64,000 bases of DNA, taken from sequence record PP793740.1. One strand, written 5' to 3'. Of the stretch, positions 54,981-64,000 are shown piece by piece; the first letter of the stretch is position 1; every line of letters begins with the position of its first letter. The notes beneath the pieces were generated by a model. The model was not told where the DNA came from. It saw nothing but the letters and a program-made list of their open reading frames with translations, and made no database searches. The position numbers and the translations under genes were made by a program.

Positions 54981-56546
54981 TTACTGATTAAGTTTACCCA
55001 GATGAATTACCAGTTCGGTGATCACCGACTTAATTGTGGCCGGTACAACAAGGACTTTATTCTGAGTTACCTGTTCTGCTTCTTTGAATAAACGATCGGG
55101 TCCATGATAGATCCAGTTACTAGATCTAATGGATGCATGTGCAGATTGCACAGCAATGCCCGCAATATTTACAGGTGCTACTGGAACACCGTTAATAGCT
55201 CGTTGTTGTCGCTGATGTGGATAAAGTTCATCCATCACATCCTTATATTTAATTTGAATACGTGTACTATTACGTGGTTGAATGGACATTGCATGTTCAC
55301 CACTATAATACAACTCTACTTGCATAAATACAGCAACTTGTTGGAAACCCCAATGCCACATTAGTGACTGAGCTGCTGCCAACAAATGGTTAACTGCATT
55401 TTTATTAATGTGGCTGAATGCTCTTGCAGGGAAAGCTTTGTGCATCACCCATTGTGCAAGTAATATCTGGTGTGGATAGATATCTTTAGTAGCTGTAACT
55501 GCAACGCAATCTAGACATTCCTGAATTAACTCTACTGGGACAGTGTCATCGATTTTGTGAACCAGTTTAACTACATCAAGAGCATCTAAGTTATAAGCTA
55601 CGATATCACCAGGAGTAACTCGCTGTTTAGTTTTATGCGATTCGATAAATGATGTTTTATCATCATCATCAATACCACCTTTATCTGGCCGTTTATCATT
55701 AACCCGGTCAGCAGTTGATCGTTCAGCAGGGTTTAGATTTGACTTAACATATCTAAACATATTTGAAACGATGGAATGTGAGGTGGCATCGTTTAATGGT
55801 AGGATGGTTAATCGCCTAACCATAACTTTAGCCTGTAAGATATCCGGCACTTCAGCTGAACTCATACCTCTATAAAGGTTGGCTAAGGTGGGTGCTTCAT
55901 CTTCTACACAAAACTTAACATATGCACTTAGCTTATCATAAGCTGTTTCTACTGGAGTTCCATCGATTGATATTTCATCAACAGGCCAATGGTTAACCTC
56001 ACAATCCGAGATGAGACTAATTACTTCACACTCTTTATGCATTTCCTGAGAAGTGCCCTGATCAATAAACTCGCCCCAAATAGGTACTAAAGGACGAAGA
56101 GCTAGTGATACAGATGCAAGGTTAATATAGTCATGTTTCAGATATGTTTGATCTGGTCGATTATATCGTGAATCATCAGTGATAACTTCTTCAATATCTA
56201 CTGGAATATAAAGTTTACCAATAGTTAGTAGCCATCGCCGAAAACTGTTCATCGGCATGGCTTTATACATCTCTTTGATGTAATAGGATAGACTCATTGC
56301 AATCCTCATCGGATCCATAGCCATATCCATGATCTTACGAATTTCTACATAACAATTCCAGATATGTTGTTGTGTCTCAGCACTTAGGCCACTCCAATAA
56401 TCATTGATTTCTTGGAATACGCGTTGTTGATCTTGTACACGGATTTTACTATAAGCCGTAGTTGTCCAAGTTAAACGTTTACCATTGTGTTCTGTAGCCA
56501 CTTCAGTAAAACCAGTACCTTGAACTCCTGTAACGATGATTTGCAT
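54981..56546 (-). CDS. nvRNAP promoter-specificity subunit (phiKZ gp68)
   Basis: 521 aa from MQIIVTGVQGTG; matches the recalled gp68 sequence. Confidence 0.9.
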   Translation of the reverse strand: MQIIVTGVQGTGFTEVATEHNGKRLTWTTTAYSKIRVQDQQRVFQEINDYWSGLSAETQQHIWNCYVEIRKIMDMAMDPMRIAMSLSYYIKEMYKAMPMNSFRRWLLTIGKLYIPVDIEEVITDDSRYNRPDQTYLKHDYINLASVSLALRPLVPIWGEFIDQGTSQEMHKECEVISLISDCEVNHWPVDEISIDGTPVETAYDKLSAYVKFCVEDEAPTLANLYRGMSSAEVPDILQAKVMVRRLTILPLNDATSHSIVSNMFRYVKSNLNPAERSTADRVNDKRPDKGGIDDDDKTSFIESHKTKQRVTPGDIVAYNLDALDVVKLVHKIDDTVPVELIQECLDCVAVTATKDIYPHQILLAQWVMHKAFPARAFSHINKNAVNHLLAAAQSLMWHWGFQQVAVFMQVELYYSGEHAMSIQPRNSTRIQIKYKDVMDELYPHQRQQRAINGVPVAPVNIAGIAVQSAHASIRSSNWIYHGPDRLFKEAEQVTQNKVLVVPATIKSVITELVIHLGKLNQ

Positions 56547-56579
56547 TTTAACCTCTTTTACCAATGTAGATACATGTTA

Positions 56580-56587
56580 GTAATATA
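56580..56587 (-). promoter_or_regulatory. phiKZ-type early promoter upstream of gp68
   Basis: TTTGAGATC-TATATTAC. Confidence 0.75.
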
Positions 56588-56671
56588 GATCTCAAATTTT
56601 TTTTAGTATAACGGTATTTAGTGCTGAGGGCATATCGGTGCCTACTTCGAGAGTAAGCACCGAAATATGTT

Positions 56672-57412
56672 TTAGAAGGAAGGCATATCCTCATCAAAAG
56701 CTGAGTCATTATAACTATTATTAGCCGGCTTAGCATAACTATTATTGCCACCGTTGTTATAGTTATTGCGCTGACCACCGTTATTGTAACCACCGCTATT
56801 ACCATTACCCTGATTGAAATTAGCAGGGTTAGATACACCTTTAGCATCTGGATCGAATTCAGTTACTAGAAGATGCATTACTAGTTTATATGCGGGGTCT
56901 AGGAAACCGTATGCATAAGCATCAGACATTTCCTTAGGTGATAGCTGACTACCATCTGCTTTGCGGATATCATGGAATTGGGACGGGCCAAAGAAGAATT
57001 TGATCTTTGGACGATCAGGTTGAGTGCTCAGCACTGCGATGTAAATTCGACCATCTTGTGCACGGCCAACATGTAGCTTAGAAAGCTCAATAAAATTATC
57101 ACGCTTTTTACCAGCTACGAAGTTATTGCGGTAAACAAAGACGCGTTCAGTATCTTCAGTTTTACCTTCAATTAAGTCCATTGCAAACTTAATGAAACAT
57201 GCAAAGGTTGCTAGGTCAGTATTGAACTCAATTTTACCATGGTCTTTATCACCAGGTACATTAGTACGAACAGTAACCCGTGGTTGGTTTTTAAACAGAC
57301 CAAATCGTAGCGTCGGTCGTTTTTGAGAACCCTCACATGGTTTGGCATGTAGCCAAGTATTCATTACGTTAAAAGGGTTAACTACGGGTGCATTAGGCTG
57401 CTGTTGTGACAT
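56672..57412 (-). CDS. chmC: Nucleic-acid-binding protein ChmC (phiKZ gp67/Imp6 position)
   Basis: Gene directly before gp68; N/G-rich disordered tail ending in acidic DEDMPSF. Confidence 0.65.
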   Translation of the reverse strand: MSQQQPNAPVVNPFNVMNTWLHAKPCEGSQKRPTLRFGLFKNQPRVTVRTNVPGDKDHGKIEFNTDLATFACFIKFAMDLIEGKTEDTERVFVYRNNFVAGKKRDNFIELSKLHVGRAQDGRIYIAVLSTQPDRPKIKFFFGPSQFHDIRKADGSQLSPKEMSDAYAYGFLDPAYKLVMHLLVTEFDPDAKGVSNPANFNQGNGNSGGYNNGGQRNNYNNGGNNSYAKPANNSYNDSAFDEDMPSF

Positions 57413-57498
57413 GATGTGATAACTCCAAATTAAAACTAGATTCTTTTAACTAGATGGGAAATGATTTCTACGTAATATTATCGCAACAAGTATTTCTT

Positions 57499-58329
57499 CT
57501 ATTTGAATTTCTTGTATGCTTCTTTTAACTCTTTAGAACCATAAGCAGTAATGTCATGATGAACTTTATCTGGTGTTGTTAATCCTGTCCATTTTCTAGA
57601 TTGTGCCAATTGTTTTAATTGCGCACGAATAGCTTTGTCTTGTGGTTCAAGTAATTGTTTATCGCCAAATATCTGTATAGCAAATGATGTAAAAGGAAAT
57701 GGAGTATCTTCTTTTAAACCATTTAGTTTAGTATACCACATGTTGTATGTCTTTATTTTACCCGTATGGGATTCCAATAAAAGAAGTCTATTAAAATGGG
57801 GTTTCCATAATAGTTCATGTGGGAAATGGGTTAATAGTAAAACAGTACCTTCAACCTTTGGAGGTTTATTAGATATTTCCATTGTAGTTAAATCTGTATC
57901 TTTTAACTTCTGGTATAGTTCAATTGATACAAATCGTTCATAAACATCATAAGCTAATTGTTGCGGTGTTCGTGATACTTTAAATGTAGCTTTAGGGAAT
58001 AACCACTTCACTGCATCTCGACCAGTAATGTAATATTTTACAGTTGCTTTTATCCCCGATTGCCGTAAAGCAACCGGGATTGTTTGTGCTTCTTGAAATA
58101 AAACATCGACTGCTGCAACCAAGTTAATATTAGTTTGTTGTTCAGACTTCATAGCCTGCCACATATTTCTTGCAAGAGTACGGACATTAATCCATATTTC
58201 TTTAATAGACTTAACATCAGTTGGTTGTCTAGGCTTTTGTGGATGTGTTCCTATAAGCCCTTCGAGAGCAAAAGAAGTTCCAATGCTAATCGGAATATTA
58301 GCACCTACATCTCTCTCGATAATATCCAT
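57499..58329 (-). CDS. Conserved protein, possibly FEN/PIN-like nuclease fold (gp66-like)
   Basis: Synteny; the fold is a weak inference. Confidence 0.5.
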   Translation of the reverse strand: MDIIERDVGANIPISIGTSFALEGLIGTHPQKPRQPTDVKSIKEIWINVRTLARNMWQAMKSEQQTNINLVAAVDVLFQEAQTIPVALRQSGIKATVKYYITGRDAVKWLFPKATFKVSRTPQQLAYDVYERFVSIELYQKLKDTDLTTMEISNKPPKVEGTVLLLTHFPHELLWKPHFNRLLLLESHTGKIKTYNMWYTKLNGLKEDTPFPFTSFAIQIFGDKQLLEPQDKAIRAQLKQLAQSRKWTGLTTPDKVHHDITAYGSKELKEAYKKFK

Positions 58330-58341
58330 TATTATTGCCTT

Positions 58342-59508
58342 TTATTTGAACTCTGTCAATAATCCCAATACCCGCTGGATCTGAGCAGCGTCCGCTGTAA
58401 ATTTTTCAATATCTGGAATAATTAAATCAGAAATACTTTCTGGAGTTATATCCAAAAATTCTGATAAATCAAAATTCTTTAGGCTATCTGACACAGTATT
58501 TTTCTTTGTAGTAACTTTTTCAATTAAGATACTCCATGAAAAATTAGGATATTCATTTTGAAATGTATCGAGATCACCAGTAGCTACATCACCTGGATTA
58601 CATCTTAACCTAATTGCAGAGTTAGTTGGTAGTGTCTTGATATGTTCTTTAACAGTGTAATTAAGTTGCTTAGTATCCATTCCATGGACATTCAAAGTAT
58701 CATATCTACGCGCACCCTTATTCTCAAGGAATGTAGCAGTCCATTCGCCATTTTCTTTCACCACAACATCAAATAATCCTTTTGGAATTTCATCGTTGTG
58801 ACTTAATCGGTCAAATCCACCGGCAGCTAAAATGCGTTCATAGATAGACATCTCATGAACATGTCCACCATTGATCATATATTTAGTTAATGCTAAATAT
58901 TCATCTGGATCATGTGTTGGCTCTTCAACAATGCTAGGTAGCTGGTGTTTAAATGCACCATGTAAAATAGTAAAGTCAACTTGAGATATACCTTTCTTAT
59001 GCATTAAATCTTTTACTTGATTTAAAGTCTCTGATGTGGATGGATTCCATTTATCAGGGACATAAAGGAAATATGCATCTAGTTTCTCAATATACTCGAT
59101 ATCGAGAATCTTTGAATAATGCAAATCAACTTTAATATTAGCATTATTCTTTTGTTCTACGAAAAACTGCATTTGCCCACGATCGTGTGATGGAGTCCCT
59201 TCAACAATACGGATCATTACATTATACATTTCACATTTGTAGAGAAGTATTGTAATAAATCTATCAATTGCGTATGCAGCTGGATCACCATTGTTTAATT
59301 GGCGATCAAATAAATCCCCTGTAATAATCAACATATCAATATCTTTTAAAATTGTATCAGGGACAGTTTTCCAAAAGTTATTGATGATTAATTCAGTAGG
59401 GGTTTGGCGATGCCCCATATGGACATCGCCTACTGTTAAATATCGAAATATGCCAGGTTTCTTTGTTTTATCAGTCTTCATATTCGTCACCGTAAACACA
59501 TTCATCAT
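58342..59508 (-). CDS. sbcD: SbcD/Mre11-family metallophosphoesterase nuclease (gp65)
   Basis: GDVH, TGDLFD, EGT.SHD, HG and GHVH motifs. Confidence 0.85.
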   Translation of the reverse strand: MMNVFTVTNMKTDKTKKPGIFRYLTVGDVHMGHRQTPTELIINNFWKTVPDTILKDIDMLIITGDLFDRQLNNGDPAAYAIDRFITILLYKCEMYNVMIRIVEGTPSHDRGQMQFFVEQKNNANIKVDLHYSKILDIEYIEKLDAYFLYVPDKWNPSTSETLNQVKDLMHKKGISQVDFTILHGAFKHQLPSIVEEPTHDPDEYLALTKYMINGGHVHEMSIYERILAAGGFDRLSHNDEIPKGLFDVVVKENGEWTATFLENKGARRYDTLNVHGMDTKQLNYTVKEHIKTLPTNSAIRLRCNPGDVATGDLDTFQNEYPNFSWSILIEKVTTKKNTVSDSLKNFDLSEFLDITPESISDLIIPDIEKFTADAAQIQRVLGLLTEFK

Positions 59509-60079
59509 TCTCAGGTGTATCTACTTGCACACCTCCAGATTTAGATGAAGATGCATTCGGTAACTCATATAACGGAGTACCATCAGTATTTTTTAATACC
59601 CGACCATATGCTGCTAAGATTTGGATTAACACTTGTAGAAGTTGTTTTTCTAATGGTTCATTATAAATACACCGCTCTAGGAATTGAGCCGCTTCTTTAG
59701 CAAACCCACCACGTGGATTACGGTTATGTTCTTTATTATAATAATCCATTACGTTAGAAATGCTAGCAACATTCTCACCAGATGAGATTGCAACACTTGG
59801 ACGAGGATAGAGTGCTGGAACTGTAAAAAGCACAACTGCTTCTTTGGTATTTACACTTGCTACGCGTAACGGATTTGATAGCTCACGAACATATTTACGA
59901 TATTCATCTAATGCACCAGGTGCCCATGGACATTCAAGTAACGGTAATATATTCTTTACAAAAACGTCCTCATGAACAATAGGTGTCTCTTTCTGATGAA
60001 TGTTAACCATGGCTTGCATTGCATCCATGATCATGTTATCGCTATCTGTAACTCTAGTGTTCGGTTCCGGAGTTGCCAT
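59471..60079 (-). CDS. Conserved hypothetical protein (gp64-like)
   Basis: Start moved to MATPE; acidic tail. Confidence 0.7.
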   Translation of the reverse strand: MATPEPNTRVTDSDNMIMDAMQAMVNIHQKETPIVHEDVFVKNILPLLECPWAPGALDEYRKYVRELSNPLRVASVNTKEAVVLFTVPALYPRPSVAISSGENVASISNVMDYYNKEHNRNPRGGFAKEAAQFLERCIYNEPLEKQLLQVLIQILAAYGRVLKNTDGTPLYELPNASSSKSGGVQVDTPENDECVYGDEYED

Positions 60080-60611
60080 CTTCTTTACCCATAACTTGTT
60101 CAATCTGTTGTTTAGTCAGAGTAGTGATGATATTAAAACGAGCTTCTTCTTTATTTTCCATTAGTTGAGGATTACTATTTAGGTAATCAATCAACGCATC
60201 GCAGTTTTCAGTAGTGAACTTATTAGGCGTTCCAACAGTAGCAAACATATAACCTTTATCACCGCCCTTACGAACAATGACTGATTCCATATGTTCTTTC
60301 TGATTAACCCCATCTACTTCAGCTAGTGAGAATACTGGTTTAGTATCACCATGGATAGCTCGCAATGCGTCATCAACTTCATGCCGAATACTTTCACCCA
60401 TATTGCAAAGAATATCTGCAAGAACTCGACTAACGCGAATATTAAATGTTGCAGTTTCTTCAGCTTTAGCTTTTACCAATTGTTGGAAAGCCTCATCTAC
60501 GACATTAGCATGTTTTGTTAGATTCCTAACTGTTACTTCTAGCATATGAATTCGTTTTAATAGCATGGAGTTCATAGCTTCGCTTTCATTTTTCTCAACT
60601 TCACTAGTCAT
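60054..60611 (-). CDS. Conserved hypothetical protein with coiled-coil N-terminus (gp63-like)
   Basis: ORF track; synteny. Confidence 0.7.
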   Translation of the reverse strand: MTSEVEKNESEAMNSMLLKRIHMLEVTVRNLTKHANVVDEAFQQLVKAKAEETATFNIRVSRVLADILCNMGESIRHEVDDALRAIHGDTKPVFSLAEVDGVNQKEHMESVIVRKGGDKGYMFATVGTPNKFTTENCDALIDYLNSNPQLMENKEEARFNIITTLTKQQIEQVMGKEDGNSGTEH

Positions 60612-61049
<438 letters not shown>

Positions 61050-61061
61050 TTAAGTTAAGAT

Positions 61062-61079
61062 GGGAGCCAAATGGCTCCC
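61062..61079 (-). terminator. Intrinsic terminator
   Basis: GGGAGCCA-AA-TGGCTCCC. Confidence 0.6.
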
Positions 61080-61115
61080 TTTATATTGCTTGATACATAC
61101 AGTTAAATACTTACA

Positions 61116-61580
61116 TTAACTAGCATATAAATATTTACTTGCAATTAATTCAATGTGATATACGATAACAGCACCTTCTTTTTTCTTGAGTGTGCTTGTT
61201 AAAACGATATCGTGTTCAGTAACACATGCATGTACACTAATGGGTTTGGTAGTAATTTCACTACTTGTCCCTGAAAAATGAGTTGTAGCTACATATAACT
61301 GGGTATCATCAACTAACCCATTTGGATCCCTACCAACATGTACAAATGGTGGCCTGCTAGAAACATTAGGATGGTCGTCTTTAATAACAAGATGACCATC
61401 TTCAGATGGGTAAGCATAGTCATATCCAGTTACATAGATACGTAGAGCGCCATTCTTAAATGCTTCTTTAAGATAAGAATATTCTTCAAAATTAAAACGA
61501 ATTGAATCAACCACAGCAGTAGTTAATTTAAGAATAGGGTGTAGTGGCCTTGATGAGTTATTATTCTTAATTAATAGCAT
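61116..61580 (-). CDS. Hypothetical protein (154 aa)
   Basis: Start moved to MLLIKN after AAGGA. Confidence 0.65.
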   Translation of the reverse strand: MLLIKNNNSSRPLHPILKLTTAVVDSIRFNFEEYSYLKEAFKNGALRIYVTGYDYAYPSEDGHLVIKDDHPNVSSRPPFVHVGRDPNGLVDDTQLYVATTHFSGTSSEITTKPISVHACVTEHDIVLTSTLKKKEGAVIVYHIELIASKYLYAS

Positions 61581-61902
61581 CGGTATTTTCCTTAACGTAA
61601 AAAGCAATATGTGGATGGTTCCACAATGGACTCTCATCACAAAAACTATAACTATGTATTTCCTCGCCAGTATCTAATTTAATAGAGACCACTTCACCTT
61701 CAATGACTGTGAAAATAAATTTAGTATCAGGTGAAACATAATCACCAGTTACATAGTCATTATCGGGAAGATACAATAGTCGTGTTTGATTATCGTATTT
61801 AAGTTCTATTCCATCTGTACTATTAAAGTACATATATCCCGTACCATCTGGACTTTTTTGAAACATCTTTAGTTTATTTGGTACGAGTAGATCAATTGAC
61901 AT
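61567..61902 (-). CDS. Hypothetical protein (111 aa)
   Basis: AGGAG RBS. Confidence 0.7.
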   Translation of the reverse strand: MSIDLLVPNKLKMFQKSPDGTGYMYFNSTDGIELKYDNQTRLLYLPDNDYVTGDYVSPDTKFIFTVIEGEVVSIKLDTGEEIHSYSFCDESPLWNHPHIAFYVKENTDAIN

Positions 61903-61953
61903 AGATCTCTCCTAAACGATAGAAGAGAGCCCCATGTAGGGACTCTCATTTAT

Positions 61954-62565
61954 TTAACCTAGAAGATTACCTACGACTGAAGTTGGATCTTCTTCACCTG
62001 CGTCCAGATGTTCATCAATAGCATTCCACATACGGATGATGTCAACTTTCTCGTGCAGACTAAGTTTACGATCGCTCTTGATATCTTCGTGATAGTTTTT
62101 ATAACCGAATTCTTTCTTATCGGTATACATAACTCCATCCATCACGCGGCGATAATCAAACTGTCGTTCACCTACAGCATCACCTTGGATGTTATTATAA
62201 GAACCACCATATCCATCAACTTCATTATTAAGATACATAGTTCTTAGACGCTCATGCGCCATAACCCAACGTTGCATAATTGGACCAGCTGTTTGTAGTT
62301 CAGCTAATGTCTCAAGATACACAATGTTGTTCGACTGCCATAAGTTATCTTTCTTTGTGGTCAGATTCCGCAGTGCTTGAACAGCAGCTGATTCACTAAT
62401 CATACTGTACATATTTTGAGCAGTATTAAAAAAGCTAGCAGCAGCAGTTGACATAGTTGAACGAAGTGCCTGACTACGCTCACCCAACCATTGAGTTGTT
62501 TGCTGTGTAAGATGGCCACCTGCACAGATGTCCAAGAGGTCTACACCATGTGCATCTACAATCAT
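61954..62565 (-). CDS. Conserved chimallivirus protein (phiKZ gp59 position; possibly import factor Imp3)
   Basis: Counted back from gp65; GAGG RBS; the identity is tentative. Confidence 0.55.
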   Translation of the reverse strand: MIVDAHGVDLLDICAGGHLTQQTTQWLGERSQALRSTMSTAAASFFNTAQNMYSMISESAAVQALRNLTTKKDNLWQSNNIVYLETLAELQTAGPIMQRWVMAHERLRTMYLNNEVDGYGGSYNNIQGDAVGERQFDYRRVMDGVMYTDKKEFGYKNYHEDIKSDRKLSLHEKVDIIRMWNAIDEHLDAGEEDPTSVVGNLLG

Positions 62566-62573
62566 TATACACC

Positions 62574-62999
62574 TCAGTTATTGGCCGTATATGACCAGCA
62601 TAGATTAAACGGATGTTGCATAGGTAAGTTAAATGTATTTAGTTCCTGACCGATCCAATTGACAGCTTTTGTAACACCTTCAACAGTTACAGTTAATTCA
62701 ACATGGATATCATGTTCAGGTGCAGTCACCACAATAGTGATTGGATCATCATGTTTAATACGGAATCCAAACTTAGGATGATGGAATCCAGTATATTCAC
62801 CTTTAGTATTTTCTAGAATACATTCAAATAGATTAGTTTCTTTATTAAGTTTAAATGTAACTAGTTTATCTGAATCTTTAAGTAAACCATTATCCCCAAA
62901 TACATTGAATCGATAATGCTTATGGCAGATACCAAGTGTTTTTGGTACATCATGGGAATTATCGATTTGCTTAGTACATTCGTTGCATTTACTATTCAT
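62574..62999 (-). CDS. Hypothetical protein with N-terminal C..C...C..H motif
   Basis: CNEC...GICHKH. Confidence 0.65.
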   Translation of the reverse strand: MNSKCNECTKQIDNSHDVPKTLGICHKHYRFNVFGDNGLLKDSDKLVTFKLNKETNLFECILENTKGEYTGFHHPKFGFRIKHDDPITIVVTAPEHDIHVELTVTVEGVTKAVNWIGQELNTFNLPMQHPFNLCWSYTANN

Positions 63000-63011
63000 C
63001 TTTATTTACCT

Positions 63012-63395
63012 TTAATAGATTTGTTTATCAAAAGAACAATTGATTGGAATAGTGATAACTTCATTAGTAATTACATGTTTACCTGTCTTTTTAAAGAATT
63101 GTGCAAATTTTGAAGTAGCTGGAATTACAAGGGTATCATCCCGATCATTATTTGACATATTGTAAAAAGTAAACTTACCGTCTAGGTTAAACCTAATGCA
63201 CCACTTAATATTTCGTATTTTGAAATCTATACCAAATCTTAAATGACCATCAATCAATTCAGAACCACCGTATTCATAAGCTCCGGTGAAATTCCAATTA
63301 ATTTCTGATAATTGGAAAGTTACAGGATGTTCGCCATATTCATCTTGTATGTAGTAACCATCATGAGCTTTCCAATAGATAACTAAATCATGCAT
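63012..63395 (-). CDS. Hypothetical protein (127 aa)
   Basis: GAGG RBS. Confidence 0.7.
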   Translation of the reverse strand: MHDLVIYWKAHDGYYIQDEYGEHPVTFQLSEINWNFTGAYEYGGSELIDGHLRFGIDFKIRNIKWCIRFNLDGKFTFYNMSNNDRDDTLVIPATSKFAQFFKKTGKHVITNEVITIPINCSFDKQIY

Positions 63396-63454
63396 ACTAC
63401 TAGCCTCAAAGAATTAATAGGGGATTCAAACTCCCCTATTAATTTATTTTGCTT

Positions 63455-63643
63455 TTAATCATTAAGCTTAGAGATCATTTCGACATATGCATCGACAAAC
63501 CTTCTGTTTACCACTACATCACCATTCCCGCAAGTAATATATCTCTTAGTGAATACGGCTACCGATCTGGCTTCACGTTCATCTCATTCGACTTGTGATA
63601 AACATTCCGGGTTACGTCGAATAATTTCACGAATATTAGACAT
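63455..63643 (-). pseudogene. 62-codon frame interrupted by an in-frame TGA at codon 20
   Basis: AAGGGGA RBS; MSNIREIIRRNPECLSQVE*DEREARSVAVFTKRYITCG...KLND; TGA at 63584-63586. Confidence 0.5.
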
Positions 63644-63784
63644 TGGGTATTCCCCTTATCACTATTGCATCTTAGTGATATAAATCTGAAATTAAATCCA
63701 GTGGAACTTTACATCCATGGTTAGTCGCCGCCATAACAGGAAATAAAGCCCCCTACTACATAAATAGTAGGGGTAAGTTTATTA

Positions 63785-63997
63785 TTACGACTTCAACCAT
63801 TCTTCTAATGGCGGTAAATACTTCTCATGCGCCCAGTTAATAATTGTTTCTACAACAGGACCCTGTAATTCAAGGTTACCTGAGATTTCATGTGGTTCAT
63901 CAATAGATAGAACCCATGTATGTGGAGCAATGCGTTCAGTTGCTTTGGTTAAATACACATCAGGCATTAACGTTAAATTAAGTTGCACTATCTTCAT
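63785..63997 (-). CDS. Hypothetical protein (70 aa)
   Basis: ORF track; followed by a hairpin; upstream context lies beyond the window edge. Confidence 0.6.
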   Translation of the reverse strand: MKIVQLNLTLMPDVYLTKATERIAPHTWVLSIDEPHEISGNLELQGPVVETIINWAHEKYLPPLEEWLKS

Positions 63998-64000
63998 ACA

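Noticed and set aside
63672-63734. 20-codon ORF MAATNHGCK...
   Set aside because: No RBS and too short to support.

Overview
This window is a 64-kb piece of a phiKZ-like, nucleus-forming Pseudomonas jumbo phage (Phikzvirus, Chimalliviridae), in reverse orientation to the usual phiKZ map and covering roughly the gp57-gp117 region. All gp labels come from my recollection of phiKZ protein sequences, lengths and gene order, not from a database search. From right to left it contains: conserved genes including an SbcD/Mre11 nuclease; the phage-nucleus and non-virion RNAP cluster (ChmC, gp68, PicA/Imp1, gp70, split beta gp71-73, beta' gp74); an SF2 helicase; tiny early membrane proteins; a T4 gp26/gp51-like chaperone pair; the virion RNAP subunit gp80; the exonuclease half of the split PolB (gp82); the head, inner-body and baseplate block (gp83-gp101); an accessory early region of small genes; and about 760 bp of structured non-coding DNA. 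The best leads are: (1) a T-TTT-TTT -1 frameshift joining the 533-aa gp77-like gene to a start-less downstream frame; (2) a 307-nt group I intron with no endonuclease ORF in the nvRNAP beta gene; (3) a start-less, possibly NADAR-like frame reached from the polymerase stop through a C-CCA-AAG slippery site; (4) orphan HigA-like and DarG-like antitoxin homologues; (5) a three-hairpin element with complementary loops; and (6) hairpins flanked on both sides by outward-facing TATG. I found no tRNA, rRNA, CRISPR array or transposase.
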